Positions 21,281-32,241 of a DNA stretch of 64,000 bases are shown one piece after another; the first letter of the stretch is position 1; each line of letters opens with the position of its first letter. Position numbers and translations under genes: made by a program. The stretch spans positions 4,785 to 68,784 of the forward strand of contig JANWZB010000001.1 of NCBI GenBank assembly GCA_025055035.1, read 5' to 3'. The notes beneath the pieces were generated by a model that worked only from the letters and a program-made list of their open reading frames with translations, was not told where the DNA came from and ran no database searches. Origin of the DNA: Candidatus Kapaibacterium sp. (GTDB taxonomy: Bacteria; Bacteroidota; Ignavibacteria; Kapaibacteriales; UBA4661).

Positions 21281-24200
21281 TTAGAATCCGACGCTCAGTC
21301 CAAACATAATAGTGCGAGGCTGAGGCGCTGTGTAGAAGTCTATACCTTGACCGATATTTCCTGTAAAGTCATCGGTATTAACTTCAGGGTCCCAACCGGC
21401 ATAATTGGTAAAGGTGAGCAGGTTAAAACCTGTTACGTACAAGCGTAGGCTATTGAGTGGTATTCCTGCATCAGCAAACATTTGGCGACTAAAGTTGTAG
21501 CCGAGCGTTGCTATACGCAGACGAACAAACGAACCATCGAGAAGGAAACGCGATGAGGCTTGTGAGCCATTTTCGATAAGATATCGTGTTTCAGGAAGTT
21601 TGGCAGTTTTGTTTGTTGGACTCCATGTGTTGAGCTGGTCAACTGTTACATTATCCTCAAACCGCGCACCTGCAAAGGAGTATTGCCCTACACCATAGAA
21701 GTTGATGCGGTTACCCATGACAGCATTGAACTGGAAGCTTAAATCAAAACCATAGATATTGAACGTATTGATCACACCTGCTGTCCATGCAGGCACAGGG
21801 CTTCCAGCGTGAATGCTCTGTGCATTCCCATACACATTTGTTCTAGTTTTATCCAGCGTTCCATCGGGCTTTTTCGTATTGACAAACCACTCAGCATCGC
21901 CCGTTTCGGGATTCACACCAGCATATTCGCGTGTGTAGAACACACCAAGCGGATGCCCTGCCTCAGCGCGGCTTGGAAGGTTTGCAATACCACCTGTCAG
22001 AACTTGACCCTGCAAATCAACAACCTGGTTTTGGTTAGAGGCAAAGTTAATTGTGGTTTTCCATGAAAAGTTGTCCGCATTGATGTTATCGCTATTGAAG
22101 ACAAACTCAATACCACGATTAAGCAACGTTCCCAAGTTCCGCACTTGTGTACGGAAGCCTGTCGTTCCCGGCACTTGTACCGTCAGCAGCAATCCTGTAG
22201 AAAGCTTATTATACACGTTAATTTCACCAGAAATACGATTGCTGAGCAAGCCGTAATCTATACCGATTTCTGCTTGTGCTGTGTTTTCCCATGTCAAATT
22301 CGGATTTGGAATTTGCAAAGGACGTGTTCCCGGCAAAAGACCGCTCAAGCTACCATAAATAGCATCACCCGCAACAAGTGCACGCGAACCGAAGTTGCCA
22401 ATTTCGGCATTCCCTGTTAAACCGTAACTTGCACGAAGTTTTAAGAAACTGAGAACTTCATTGTCTTTGAGAAAGTCTTCCTCTGAAATTACCCAGCCAG
22501 CCGATGCAGCAGGAAAGAAGCCATAGCGATTATTTGCACCAAATCGCGATGATCCATCGACACGAGCATTCAGCGTGAGAAGGTATTTCTCTGCAATTTT
22601 AACATTTGCACGGGCAAAGTAGCCTACGAACGAAAATGCCGTTTCACGCGCATCCACAGAGATAGGCTTTGCGGCTGCCGATGCTAGGCGGAAGCCATCG
22701 GATGGCAAGTCCTGAGCAGCCAATGACTGAGTTTTTGTCTGCGACTGCTGATACTCCAATCCCGCTGTTGCACCAAGCTCAACAACCTCAGCAAAGCGAC
22801 CGTTGTAATTAAGGAAAAGTGAGCTTGTAAAGTTCTCAACTGCCTCGTTGTAATTATACACACCTCCCAGTGGGAAACCACTATTGCGCACAGTTTTTGA
22901 GCCAAACCACTGTTCTTCTGACTGACTCGCAACATCGAAGCCAAATTGACCGCGCAGCGATAAACCTTCTGTAATGGTCAATTCGCCAAAAATGTTACCT
23001 AAATTGCGCAGCACAACGTAGCGACGGTATGAATGATTCACACCAATAATTGGATTGTAGTATACAGGTACATTGGGATTACCGGGCGGCGTACCAACAG
23101 GCAGATTTGTAGTGGGATCGAGAAATGGAACAAGAGGCGGTAATGCGACAGCCTGTAGTGGGCTTGAAAAAGCATTATCACCCGGTAAGCGATTATTATT
23201 TGTCCGTGCTATGCTTAGGTTAAATCCTGCTTTGAAAATATCGGAAACTTTGTGTTCAACATTCAAGCGTCCAGACAAGCGATTGAGACTATTTCCTATA
23301 ACAATTCCTTCCTGATCCATGTATTGTCCGGACAGGTGAAATAGGGTCTTGTCACTACCACCGCTAATACTCAGGTCGATCTGTGTCGAAGGCGCATCGC
23401 TACGCAGTACAGCACGACCCCAGTCGGTATCGGGCACACCGTTCAAGTTATCTGGATCAGAGGCTTTGAATAAACCAAGACTTTGCTCTTCGAAATATTC
23501 CAATAGTGCAGTTGTGTACGAATCAGGAGATTTAGGATCAATTCCCTCAATTCTGTCTGTTGCCCCAGCAGCACGGCGGAAGTACTCCAGCGCCTGACGG
23601 GTATTGGCAAACTGTAAGAACCGTGATGGTGCGCTGAATCCACGTTGCACGGAGAAGTTGATGTTTGTTTTGCCAGCTTTGCCCTTTTTCGTTGTGATGA
23701 GGACTACACCATTTGCTCCACGCGAGCCATAAATTGCGGCAGAGGCAGCATCCTTGAGAACATCGATAGATTCAATATCCTGAGGATTGATGTCTGCAAG
23801 CGGGTTTACCGAGCGTGCATTCGTAAATGCACCAGCGAAACCACCCAGTGATGTAGTAAGAGGCACTCCATCAAGGACATACAGCGGCTCTTGGCTTGCA
23901 GAAATCGAAGCAGCACCTCGAACTTGAACACGAATGCCTTGCCCAAGTTTACCCGAACCCTGAACAACATTCACCCCAGCAGCCTTTCCCTGAATAGCAA
24001 CATCGAATGAAGGAACAGGAACATCAGCAATTTCCGATGCTTTGACTTTGATCACACTCCCTGTGATATCTTTCTTAATTGCTGAACCATACCCCACAAC
24101 AACGACGTCTTCTAGGCGTTGAACATCAAGGCTCATAACAACATCAATTGTCGAACGACCATTGATATCAACTTCTTTCTTCGCATAGCCAATTAGCGTA

Positions 24201-24472
24201 AAAACTAGCGTTTTGTCTGTGCTCGTTGTTGCAATAGAGTATCTACCATCCTTATCAGAGACAGCACCTTTCGTTGTACCCTTGACCTTGACTGTTACAC
24301 CGCGTAACGGTAGTCCTGTATCATCTTTAATTGTACCCGAAACCTGCGCAAGCGCGTGTGTTCCAATGAGACTTATGCTCAGTATGGCAAGCACGACGCT
24401 GCATCGTATATAGCCAGAGCACGCATGTACCCACGATGCCAAACGATTAAATGGTGTATCAACAGTGTTCAT
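21281..24472 (-). CDS. SusC/RagA-family TonB-dependent outer-membrane receptor
   Basis: Signal peptide, CarboxypepD_reg-like domain (VSGTIKDDTGLPLRGVTVKVKGTTKGAVSDKDGRYSI), plug domain, C-terminal beta-barrel ending in F. Start trimmed to MNTVDT. Confidence 0.9.
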   Translation of the reverse strand: MNTVDTPFNRLASWVHACSGYIRCSVVLAILSISLIGTHALAQVSGTIKDDTGLPLRGVTVKVKGTTKGAVSDKDGRYSIATTSTDKTLVFTLIGYAKKEVDINGRSTIDVVMSLDVQRLEDVVVVGYGSAIKKDITGSVIKVKASEIADVPVPSFDVAIQGKAAGVNVVQGSGKLGQGIRVQVRGAASISASQEPLYVLDGVPLTTSLGGFAGAFTNARSVNPLADINPQDIESIDVLKDAASAAIYGSRGANGVVLITTKKGKAGKTNINFSVQRGFSAPSRFLQFANTRQALEYFRRAAGATDRIEGIDPKSPDSYTTALLEYFEEQSLGLFKASDPDNLNGVPDTDWGRAVLRSDAPSTQIDLSISGGSDKTLFHLSGQYMDQEGIVIGNSLNRLSGRLNVEHKVSDIFKAGFNLSIARTNNNRLPGDNAFSSPLQAVALPPLVPFLDPTTNLPVGTPPGNPNVPVYYNPIIGVNHSYRRYVVLRNLGNIFGELTITEGLSLRGQFGFDVASQSEEQWFGSKTVRNSGFPLGGVYNYNEAVENFTSSLFLNYNGRFAEVVELGATAGLEYQQSQTKTQSLAAQDLPSDGFRLASAAAKPISVDARETAFSFVGYFARANVKIAEKYLLTLNARVDGSSRFGANNRYGFFPAASAGWVISEEDFLKDNEVLSFLKLRASYGLTGNAEIGNFGSRALVAGDAIYGSLSGLLPGTRPLQIPNPNLTWENTAQAEIGIDYGLLSNRISGEINVYNKLSTGLLLTVQVPGTTGFRTQVRNLGTLLNRGIEFVFNSDNINADNFSWKTTINFASNQNQVVDLQGQVLTGGIANLPSRAEAGHPLGVFYTREYAGVNPETGDAEWFVNTKKPDGTLDKTRTNVYGNAQSIHAGSPVPAWTAGVINTFNIYGFDLSFQFNAVMGNRINFYGVGQYSFAGARFEDNVTVDQLNTWSPTNKTAKLPETRYLIENGSQASSRFLLDGSFVRLRIATLGYNFSRQMFADAGIPLNSLRLYVTGFNLLTFTNYAGWDPEVNTDDFTGNIGQGIDFYTAPQPRTIMFGLSVGF

Positions 24473-24907
24473 ACAAGAACTCCAAAATTGTGGTTTGTAA
24501 AATTGAAATGCAGCTCTGCTCTTTCCTGAGGAAGGAAGGGCATCACTCTCAATTACATTCATGCAAAAGTGTTATAAAGACAAGCAACCCACAGTGCTCC
24601 GCGTGACACGATTACGAAATGGTCTGATTTCTTAGCATATTTTCCACCCTGTACACTATGCTCATACTGTAGCTATATCGAGCGTTGACTATGTTGATTA
24701 TCGAGACTACCGTAATTTCCCTTCAACTGCTTACTTACGCTTTGGGGCTCTACAGCACACTAGCGAGGCGTAGTAATGCGTATGCTTCTACGCACACAGG
24801 CTTTATTATCTACGACAATATGGAGTTAAAACATTGTAAGTTACAAACTTTTTCTTTGCAGCACAAGTATTCTGTGCACCGGCACTATTTTGCGCATATA
24901 CTTAAAA

Positions 24908-25807
24908 TTATCGTAATCGTGGAATAGCAGCCCGTTGTAGTGTAGCAACTCCCGCAAACTCCCCTATACCGTTTCCCTGAACATTCCACTCAATGTTAGG
25001 ACCGCCAGGACTAAATATCCCTATTTGTCCGCTGCGATTGCGGGTTTGATAGTAGCGGTAGAACGCTCCGTCATATACCTGAATATTGACACGGCTTTGT
25101 ATACGGTTTGCTAGCACTGAGAATGCAACGGAAGGAGAACGCCACGTATTCGAGGTCACAACAATGCTCTCAGCACTGCGAGCGAGCACCGCTTCGCCAA
25201 ATCCACGGGCAGAGAGCAACCTTCCGCTTGCAGCATCATGGAGTGTTGTCCCAACGCGATACACTTCATGTGCTCGAGCGCGAATCCACGCAACAGACTC
25301 AAAGACTGTGTCTATGACGATTGTACCAAGCGTTGTACGCTGAGGAACAATTGATATGCGAACGTGTGCAGAGTCGACAAGAGGAGGCAAAGGAACGCGT
25401 GTCTCAGCAAATGCTATAAGATTCTTCCACTGTACATTAATTTTATACGTTTTTCCTGCTTCTACACGCACATGTGGAACATAATACAAGCTACGCTGTG
25501 GAACAGTAGCCACTGTCGAGCTCGAAGGCTGAAGCTGTAGAGCATACGAGATGCTGTCGACAACAGTAATCTGTGCTCGTGCATCACCAACAAACACTTT
25601 CTCATAGCTGAACTCTTCTAGAGGAGGAATAGTCTTAGAAATTTGAATATCCGACAGGGGCTGCCCAGCTTCGAGCAGTCCACGAATCACGAGCTTTTCT
25701 TCAAATGGCAATTCTGGCTGTGTTGTACAAGTGCTGAGCACTGCACCAAACAATACCACTGCCACAGTAACCATAAGATTTGTACGACGAAGTACGCCTT
25801 GACTCAT
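24908..25807 (-). CDS. DUF4249-family lipoprotein (family usually associated with TonB-dependent receptors)
   Basis: Lipobox LSTC and a C-terminal ...GGPNIEWNVQGNGIGEFAGVA motif that I recall as typical of DUF4249. Lies upstream of the SusC gene and divergent from a second TonB-dependent receptor gene. Confidence 0.5.
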   Translation of the reverse strand: MSQGVLRRTNLMVTVAVVLFGAVLSTCTTQPELPFEEKLVIRGLLEAGQPLSDIQISKTIPPLEEFSYEKVFVGDARAQITVVDSISYALQLQPSSSTVATVPQRSLYYVPHVRVEAGKTYKINVQWKNLIAFAETRVPLPPLVDSAHVRISIVPQRTTLGTIVIDTVFESVAWIRARAHEVYRVGTTLHDAASGRLLSARGFGEAVLARSAESIVVTSNTWRSPSVAFSVLANRIQSRVNIQVYDGAFYRYYQTRNRSGQIGIFSPGGPNIEWNVQGNGIGEFAGVATLQRAAIPRLR

Positions 25808-26187
25808 ACAACTTACACTTGATGTTCTAAATATCACAATATACGGGGACGCTGATGTCGTTGCTTACTTCTTTTTTTCTAGAAGTAGAGACTAGAAGAA
25901 GCACCGTGCGGGTCTACAGGACGTACTCATCGCACATGCGTACACGCTTTGCACAAACTACCTACAATGCACTACTTACAGACTATACGCGTTACTTTAA
26001 AGTATGCAAAAAATATCTAATAACAAAGTTTCGAAGACTGGGCGCCACCACTATCACTTTTCAGACCTCATAATCTGAAAATAATATTGTTTCCTCTGCC
26101 GTTTTTTTGTAGATTCGCGTACATACAATCAATGTATTTCCACATATTGTAACAACAGAAAACAATTAGTTCTCTTTTTTCTCGACC

Positions 26188-28449
26188 ATGACTATTGCAC
26201 ATTTGCACTATCTAGATGTGTTTTTACATCACCTTGAGCACGTAGCGCGCCTATCATGCTTAGCTCATCTTTTTATAGGATTCTTACTTTCTACTCTTAC
26301 CTCACCGTGCACCACTGTTTGCTCTCCCCACAACACTTATCAGGATTCCGCTGATAGCACCCCGCATCGTTTGAATAACCGTACACTAACACGCCATAAG
26401 ACCTATCATGCTGAGCGCATCGTTGTTACTGGGGCGCGCAACGAAGTTCTCTTGAAAAATTCGCCTACACGAGTTGAAGTTCTTGACCACACTGTTACCA
26501 AAACAACAGGTATGGTCAACGTTGGACATATGCTACAAGAGCAGACAGGAATCATCATTACAAGCAACGTTCGCAGCGGTATCCAAATGATGGGCTTAAA
26601 TCCTGACTATACACTTATTCTCATTGATGGTCAGCCGATGATAGGTCGCATTGCTGGTGTTATCGACATAACACGCATTTCTGTTGGGAACATAGAACGT
26701 GTTGAAATTGTCAAAGGTCCGATGTCGAGTTTGTACGGGAGCGAAGCTCTCGCCGGTGTTATTAATATTATCACACGCAAGCCAACACATGGGCTTAGCA
26801 TCCGTGCTTATACACAAGCTATCGAACGTGGTGCACTAGAAGTGCAGACAGAACTCACCTATGGCACTCAGACTATCGACTTTGCTTTGTTTGGCAACCT
26901 CAAATATGCCCAGCCTTTTCAGCGCACACAACTCGTCGCACACGAACTTGGAACGGACACCCTTACTGTACCATTTTCGGGGTTTCACGACCGCACTGCG
27001 CAAGCTCGGCTCAAGTGGTATATTGCACCACAACTTGTGCTGTCGGCTAATCTTCGATATTTTGGAACGTCGAGCAACGGTGTATTTATTGAATCGTTCT
27101 TTGGTCAGGTCGCTTCTAATGCTGGTGCCGTGGTACAGAATGATGTATCAGCAACCTTTGGCTTAGACTGGACTTTCGGGCAATCTCGGCTCAGCGCACA
27201 AACATATGTATCATTGTATGATGAAACCTACAACTTCGACGTATATCAAGGAAGATCTGGAAGAACCGACAATCTTGTGCGGAGAATTTCTCGCACTCTT
27301 GCACAGTACGACGTGATATGGAACGAGCGTAACAGATTCACGCTTGGTGCAGAATTTCAGTACGACGATGCTTATGGCTCTCGCTATCCTAGCCAACCGT
27401 ACTACCTTACAGGGGTATGCTTTACTCAGTGGGAGGGAAATCCTCTAGACTGGCTTTCCTACACAGTCAGCGCCCGATACGACGCGACAAGCGCTTTTGG
27501 ACATAGCTTTAACCCTCGCCTTTCGCTGCTCTATAAACCATCTGACGCCCTGCAAGTTCGCGCTTCTGCAGGCACAGGCTTCAAAGCCCCTGATTTCCGA
27601 CAACTCTTCGTAGAATTTTCTAATCGGCTTGCTGGGGCAGGCTACGACCTTATCGGAGCATACCGATTAGGGCAAACACTAGAGCCTGAACGCTCTCATG
27701 CGTTCGACATTGGAGCAGTATGGAATATTTCCAGCCTTGAGCATTTCGACCAATCACTTGGTTCATGGAATCTGGATGTACGCTTGTTTCATAATAGTCT
27801 CTATAATCTCATTGAGTTCTATCGCATTGGTCGAAGCGACAACCGCGATATCTACTCGTATCGCAATGTTGCACGTGCTTTTACGCAAGGAGTCGAAGCC
27901 ACTCTGCGCAACGTCGTGCAGTTGAGCGCTATCGAATCGCTTACAACTTCGTTAGGATATCAGTATCTCGAAGCCAAAGATATAGAAGTTCTCGAGGCTA
28001 TTCGGCAAGGCACTGCTGGAAGCATCAATCCTAGCACGGGAGAATTTTTGCCTCTCAGCTTCTCAAATTATCGAGGATTGTGGTTTCGCCCACCACATTC
28101 AGCAGCTATACGTATCCAGTATGATAATGAAGTGCTTGGAATATCTGCAAATATTCGCGCACAGTATGTTGGCGTTATGGGGGATGAAGGGCTTGACCGC
28201 AACGGCTATGTCATTGGCAATCCGCCACGCAGGGTTTGGGATAGCACTGTAGAATCTATTCCTGATTATTGGAACATCAACCTTGCTGCAAGCAAAACAC
28301 TGCGCTTCGACAATATTACTCGCCCACTTGGCATTTCTTTGCTTCGAATTACGTTGGGCGCTAATAACATTCTCGATGCTATCAACTTGCGCTCGTTACC
28401 TAGTATTGTCGGAAGACAACTCTTTGCAAATCTTTCTGTAGAATGGTAG
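26188..28449 (+). CDS. TonB-dependent receptor (plug plus 22-strand barrel)
   Basis: Plug motif IEVLD...IDGQPM...ERVEIVKGPMSSLYGSEALAGVINIITRK and a C-terminal aromatic residue (W). Start uncertain. Confidence 0.85.
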   Translation: MTIAHLHYLDVFLHHLEHVARLSCLAHLFIGFLLSTLTSPCTTVCSPHNTYQDSADSTPHRLNNRTLTRHKTYHAERIVVTGARNEVLLKNSPTRVEVLDHTVTKTTGMVNVGHMLQEQTGIIITSNVRSGIQMMGLNPDYTLILIDGQPMIGRIAGVIDITRISVGNIERVEIVKGPMSSLYGSEALAGVINIITRKPTHGLSIRAYTQAIERGALEVQTELTYGTQTIDFALFGNLKYAQPFQRTQLVAHELGTDTLTVPFSGFHDRTAQARLKWYIAPQLVLSANLRYFGTSSNGVFIESFFGQVASNAGAVVQNDVSATFGLDWTFGQSRLSAQTYVSLYDETYNFDVYQGRSGRTDNLVRRISRTLAQYDVIWNERNRFTLGAEFQYDDAYGSRYPSQPYYLTGVCFTQWEGNPLDWLSYTVSARYDATSAFGHSFNPRLSLLYKPSDALQVRASAGTGFKAPDFRQLFVEFSNRLAGAGYDLIGAYRLGQTLEPERSHAFDIGAVWNISSLEHFDQSLGSWNLDVRLFHNSLYNLIEFYRIGRSDNRDIYSYRNVARAFTQGVEATLRNVVQLSAIESLTTSLGYQYLEAKDIEVLEAIRQGTAGSINPSTGEFLPLSFSNYRGLWFRPPHSAAIRIQYDNEVLGISANIRAQYVGVMGDEGLDRNGYVIGNPPRRVWDSTVESIPDYWNINLAASKTLRFDNITRPLGISLLRITLGANNILDAINLRSLPSIVGRQLFANLSVEW

Positions 28450-28474
28450 ATATTCAAGCAAATGTACGTGCTGC

Positions 28475-28762
28475 TCAGCTTCGAACATCGCTCCACTCTA
28501 CTGCATGTGCATCGAAGAGTGCTGAAGCAAATGAGCACACGGGATGCACTTTTATATTGTGCTCCCGCGCATACTCAATAGCTGTTTCCACAAGTTTCTT
28601 TCCCACTCCCTTGCCGCGCAAGGAAACGTCGACCCAAACAGACTCAATAACAAGAATGGCGTCGGAAATGCTATACCGCAGTTCTGCCACTACTTTTCCT
28701 TGCTGTGCATCGAGGATAGACCACGCCCCCCCGCCAGACGAAAGATGATGATGAATATCCAT
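28475..28762 (-). CDS. small GNAT-family N-acetyltransferase
   Basis: About 95 aa. Acetyl-CoA-binding motif VWVDVSLRGKGVGKKLVE. Follows the sbcC stop codon after 30 nt. Confidence 0.65.
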   Translation of the reverse strand: MDIHHHLSSGGGAWSILDAQQGKVVAELRYSISDAILVIESVWVDVSLRGKGVGKKLVETAIEYAREHNIKVHPVCSFASALFDAHAVEWSDVRS

Positions 28763-28791
28763 ACGTTTCCAAGAATCGTTGTACATCCATA

Positions 28792-31700
28792 CTAGCTGCG
28801 GTGTAGTACACGACAGCCATCAATTGAATGCTCTTCTATAGATAACTCACTTACACCGCCGCCAAGCTTGCGAACATGTACTTGCAGTCTAATGCGCTCC
28901 TTCAATAGCTCTACATGGGAAATAATACCAATCATTTTCCCACGAATGCGTATTCTTTCTAACACCCTCACAACTTCCTCCAGCGTTGAAGCATCAAGCG
29001 TTCCAAACCCTTCATCGATAAAAAGTGAATCTATGCGGGTATTACGACTTGCTAGGTCAGCAAGACCAAGTGCAAGTGCTAAGCTCACAAGAAACATTTC
29101 TCCTCCAGACAAGCTTTCAATAGGTCGTTCGCTGTCTTGCTCTTTATCAAAAATGGACAAGCTCATGTCTTTTTCTGAGGACTTTCTCAGTTCGTAGCGC
29201 TCATGTAACTGAGCAAGGTGCACATTCGCAAGCTGAATAAGATGCAGCAATGTTACGCTCTGGGCAAATTTTCTAAATTTTCCACCATCTGCTGATCCAA
29301 TAAGCTCGTCGAGGCTCTTCCAGCGCTGTGTTATGGTCCTGTGTTGCTCATACTGTGTTGATAGCTCCTCATGCCTCGCACGTTGTCTGTCATCGTCTTC
29401 CAGTTGCTGTTGGTACATGCCCTCCTGCTTCTTCTGTTCGCCAATAGCTTCCTTGATATTCTCTATAGCACGCTCTATAGTTTGTTCCTCTGCGCCATGA
29501 ATAATATTGCTCTCACCGAAGACATCGTTAATTCCATATTTTGCATGTAAGCCTGCACCTTTATCATAGTGTTCCCGAAGTTTCGCACTAGTATCTGCTA
29601 TCTTCTCTTCTAGACAATTGATAGCCGTTTCTGTCTCACGTATTCGTCCTTCCAGTTGGTCTATTTTCTGACGTGCTTGATCACTCTGCTCACGAGCATC
29701 CCGCATTTTCTTCTCTTTATCTGTAATTAGCTTTTCCAAACGTTGACGCTCGTCGTCCACGTTATACGTATCAAACAATTCTTCTCGTTGTCGCTGTAAG
29801 CACTGCACTTTGTTCTGTATTTCTTGTAGCTGCATCTCCATTTCTGTTACTCTTTGTATCTGTACCTCTAAAAATTCTCGATCACGCTCGATATCAGCAC
29901 TGTAGCGATCTACAGCGTCGCAACATTCGTCTCGACGCCGCTGCGTATCTTGATATTCCTGATTTCTTTGCTCAAGAGTCCGAAGATGTTGTCTAGCAGC
30001 ATCAATATCGTTGATATCTACACTCTCACCTAATTGTTCGAGTTGCTTCATATAGGACACGCGGACGTTGTTGAGTTCGTCTTGACGTTTTGCACGCTTG
30101 CGCTCTGCACTCGACAAGATCTCACGTAAGCTTTCTACTTTCTGATTGAGACGCACCTGCTTACTTTGTACTTCCAAGATAGTGGGATTTATCTCATCGA
30201 GAGTTGCTCGACATTCCTCAATCCAGCTCTCAAGCTGCTCTATAGACGTTTGTATTTCTTCAAGCTTCTGGCACTCACGTTTATTTCTTTCTTGAAGTTC
30301 TTGTAGTATACTAGGAGAGTGTTCGAGTAGTTCCTCCATGCTGTAGAGGTGTGTATCATAATGCTTAGCTATATCACAATACTCGTGATACAGTTTTCGT
30401 AGCTGTTGTTGCATATCTTGAATACTTCCCTGCAGTCTTTGCCTCTCGCATTCCTCCGATCTTATTATGTCGCGTATATCGTAGTACTGCGCTGTGACGC
30501 GTTGTAATTGACTTTTGCATTGTTCTTGTTCGTCCCTATACGTATCTATCCAAAACTCCCTAGCTTTCGAGTAATTCTCAGCGAATGGATGATGCGTTGA
30601 GCCACACAACGGACAAGGCTCACCTGGGACAAGTTGCGCCCTATCCTCTTCATATTTTGCACGAAGGAGCGCTTGTTCCAGAGTGCGTTGCATATCCTCT
30701 TCGCTTTTCTCAAGCAGTACCTTCTGACGTTCACATTCGTCTTGCTTTTCGCGAAGCGTTTTTATGTTTTGTTCAATGTTAAGAAGACACTCCTCATCTT
30801 TGCATTTACGTGAGATACATTCATCTATAGATTTCAACGTATTGTCATACTTTCGCTGTGTCTCAAGACGCTGCTTCATTTCTTGCAAATCTCGCAAAGA
30901 CATATCGGATAGGATTGATTTCTTCTGTTCTTTGAGTTCGCCCAATCTTTTTTCGTAGCACTTGTGCAGTTGTTCATACTCACTCGCACAACTTTGCTGC
31001 TGTTCTTCTAACTGTTGTATCTCACTCTGATACCTTCGGAGCTCTACATCTGCTGCTTCAAAATCTTCCTGAGCTTTTTCCCACATACTGCACAGCACTT
31101 TTAGACCGGGGAGGATTGCATTTAAATCTTGCTCTGCTTGGTGCTGGCGAAGCCACGCTTCGCACTCTTCAAGAGTCTTGCGTTTCTCCTCAAGCTCACG
31201 CTCGCACTGATGAATTCCTGCCTCTAGTTCATTCTTCCTGATCTGTTCCTTGTCGCGTGAGCGCCCCTTTTCCTCTTCCTGATTTTTGGCTTCGCATATT
31301 TGAGTATCAAGCTTTTGAACTTTGTCAAACAGCTCCTGTCTGGTTCGATAATCCTGCAGAGCATCACTATGTTCTTTTTCGCAAAGAGAAAGCTTCTCGT
31401 GAGCACTTGTTGTTTGTTTTTCTGCTTCCCTGTACTCTTGGTGATAGTTTTCTAACCTTTGTTTTGATGCGTGTTTCTCCTCGTAGAGCTTTTTATACTC
31501 TTGCACTAGTTCTTTGGTTTGTTCAAGATATCTAAGCTCCTGCTCGTAGCACTGAATGATATGCTTACACTTGTCAAGAGCATTGTATCGGTCCTCACGT
31601 TCTTCAGCACTGAGCACTCTCACGGCTTCTAGGTGTGTTTTGATATGCTTTAGCTCTTCTTCATGCTCTTTTGCTTTAGTGTGTGCTCTACGAGAAATTT

Positions 31701-32241
31701 CAGCATATATTTCCGTTCCAGTAATCTTTTCAAGAAGTTCAGCACGGTCATTTTCTCTGCTTTTGAGAAATTCTGCAAACTTGCCCTGCGCAAGCATGAC
31801 TGAACGCAAAAATTGCTCACTTGTTAAGCCAGATATCTCTACGACCTTTTCAGAAACTTCTCGTTTTTTGTGCGTTAGAAGAGTTCCCTTTGTATGAGGA
31901 GCATCAAGTTCTGCAAGCTCCATCCTATCCTGAAGCTTCCCCTTTGAATTTTTACTCTGATACCACCCAGAACGATAGCGCTTTGCACCAGCTTCAAATT
32001 CTACTTCTGCATAGCATTCTTTTGTGTGTTCTGTCATAGTGCTGCTAGGGTTCTTATCATAGCGGGCAGCACAACCGTACAGCGCAAGCGTTATCGCATC
32101 AAGGATAGTTGTTTTCCCTGCACCGGTCTCACCTGTGATAAGAAACAAGCCATGATCGACGAAAACAGCTTCTTCGAAGTCTAGCTCCTTCTCACCTCGC
32201 AACGAGTTCAAATTAGCAAAGCGTACTGAGCAAATTTTCAT
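28792..32241 (-). CDS. sbcC: exonuclease SbcC (SMC-like ATPase with zinc hook)
   Basis: N-terminal Walker A GETGAGKTTILDAI. Very long coiled coil. Central zinc-hook CPLCGSTHHP. C-terminal signature LSGGE and D-loop FIDEGFGTLD. Confidence 0.9.
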   Translation of the reverse strand: MKICSVRFANLNSLRGEKELDFEEAVFVDHGLFLITGETGAGKTTILDAITLALYGCAARYDKNPSSTMTEHTKECYAEVEFEAGAKRYRSGWYQSKNSKGKLQDRMELAELDAPHTKGTLLTHKKREVSEKVVEISGLTSEQFLRSVMLAQGKFAEFLKSRENDRAELLEKITGTEIYAEISRRAHTKAKEHEEELKHIKTHLEAVRVLSAEEREDRYNALDKCKHIIQCYEQELRYLEQTKELVQEYKKLYEEKHASKQRLENYHQEYREAEKQTTSAHEKLSLCEKEHSDALQDYRTRQELFDKVQKLDTQICEAKNQEEEKGRSRDKEQIRKNELEAGIHQCERELEEKRKTLEECEAWLRQHQAEQDLNAILPGLKVLCSMWEKAQEDFEAADVELRRYQSEIQQLEEQQQSCASEYEQLHKCYEKRLGELKEQKKSILSDMSLRDLQEMKQRLETQRKYDNTLKSIDECISRKCKDEECLLNIEQNIKTLREKQDECERQKVLLEKSEEDMQRTLEQALLRAKYEEDRAQLVPGEPCPLCGSTHHPFAENYSKAREFWIDTYRDEQEQCKSQLQRVTAQYYDIRDIIRSEECERQRLQGSIQDMQQQLRKLYHEYCDIAKHYDTHLYSMEELLEHSPSILQELQERNKRECQKLEEIQTSIEQLESWIEECRATLDEINPTILEVQSKQVRLNQKVESLREILSSAERKRAKRQDELNNVRVSYMKQLEQLGESVDINDIDAARQHLRTLEQRNQEYQDTQRRRDECCDAVDRYSADIERDREFLEVQIQRVTEMEMQLQEIQNKVQCLQRQREELFDTYNVDDERQRLEKLITDKEKKMRDAREQSDQARQKIDQLEGRIRETETAINCLEEKIADTSAKLREHYDKGAGLHAKYGINDVFGESNIIHGAEEQTIERAIENIKEAIGEQKKQEGMYQQQLEDDDRQRARHEELSTQYEQHRTITQRWKSLDELIGSADGGKFRKFAQSVTLLHLIQLANVHLAQLHERYELRKSSEKDMSLSIFDKEQDSERPIESLSGGEMFLVSLALALGLADLASRNTRIDSLFIDEGFGTLDASTLEEVVRVLERIRIRGKMIGIISHVELLKERIRLQVHVRKLGGGVSELSIEEHSIDGCRVLHRS

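Noticed and set aside
25838-26187. Repeat-like CTAGAAG motifs in the DUF4249 / TonB-receptor divergent intergenic region as a regulatory operator
   Set aside because: Only short 7-mers recur, with no dyad symmetry or spacing pattern beyond chance. This is insufficient to call.
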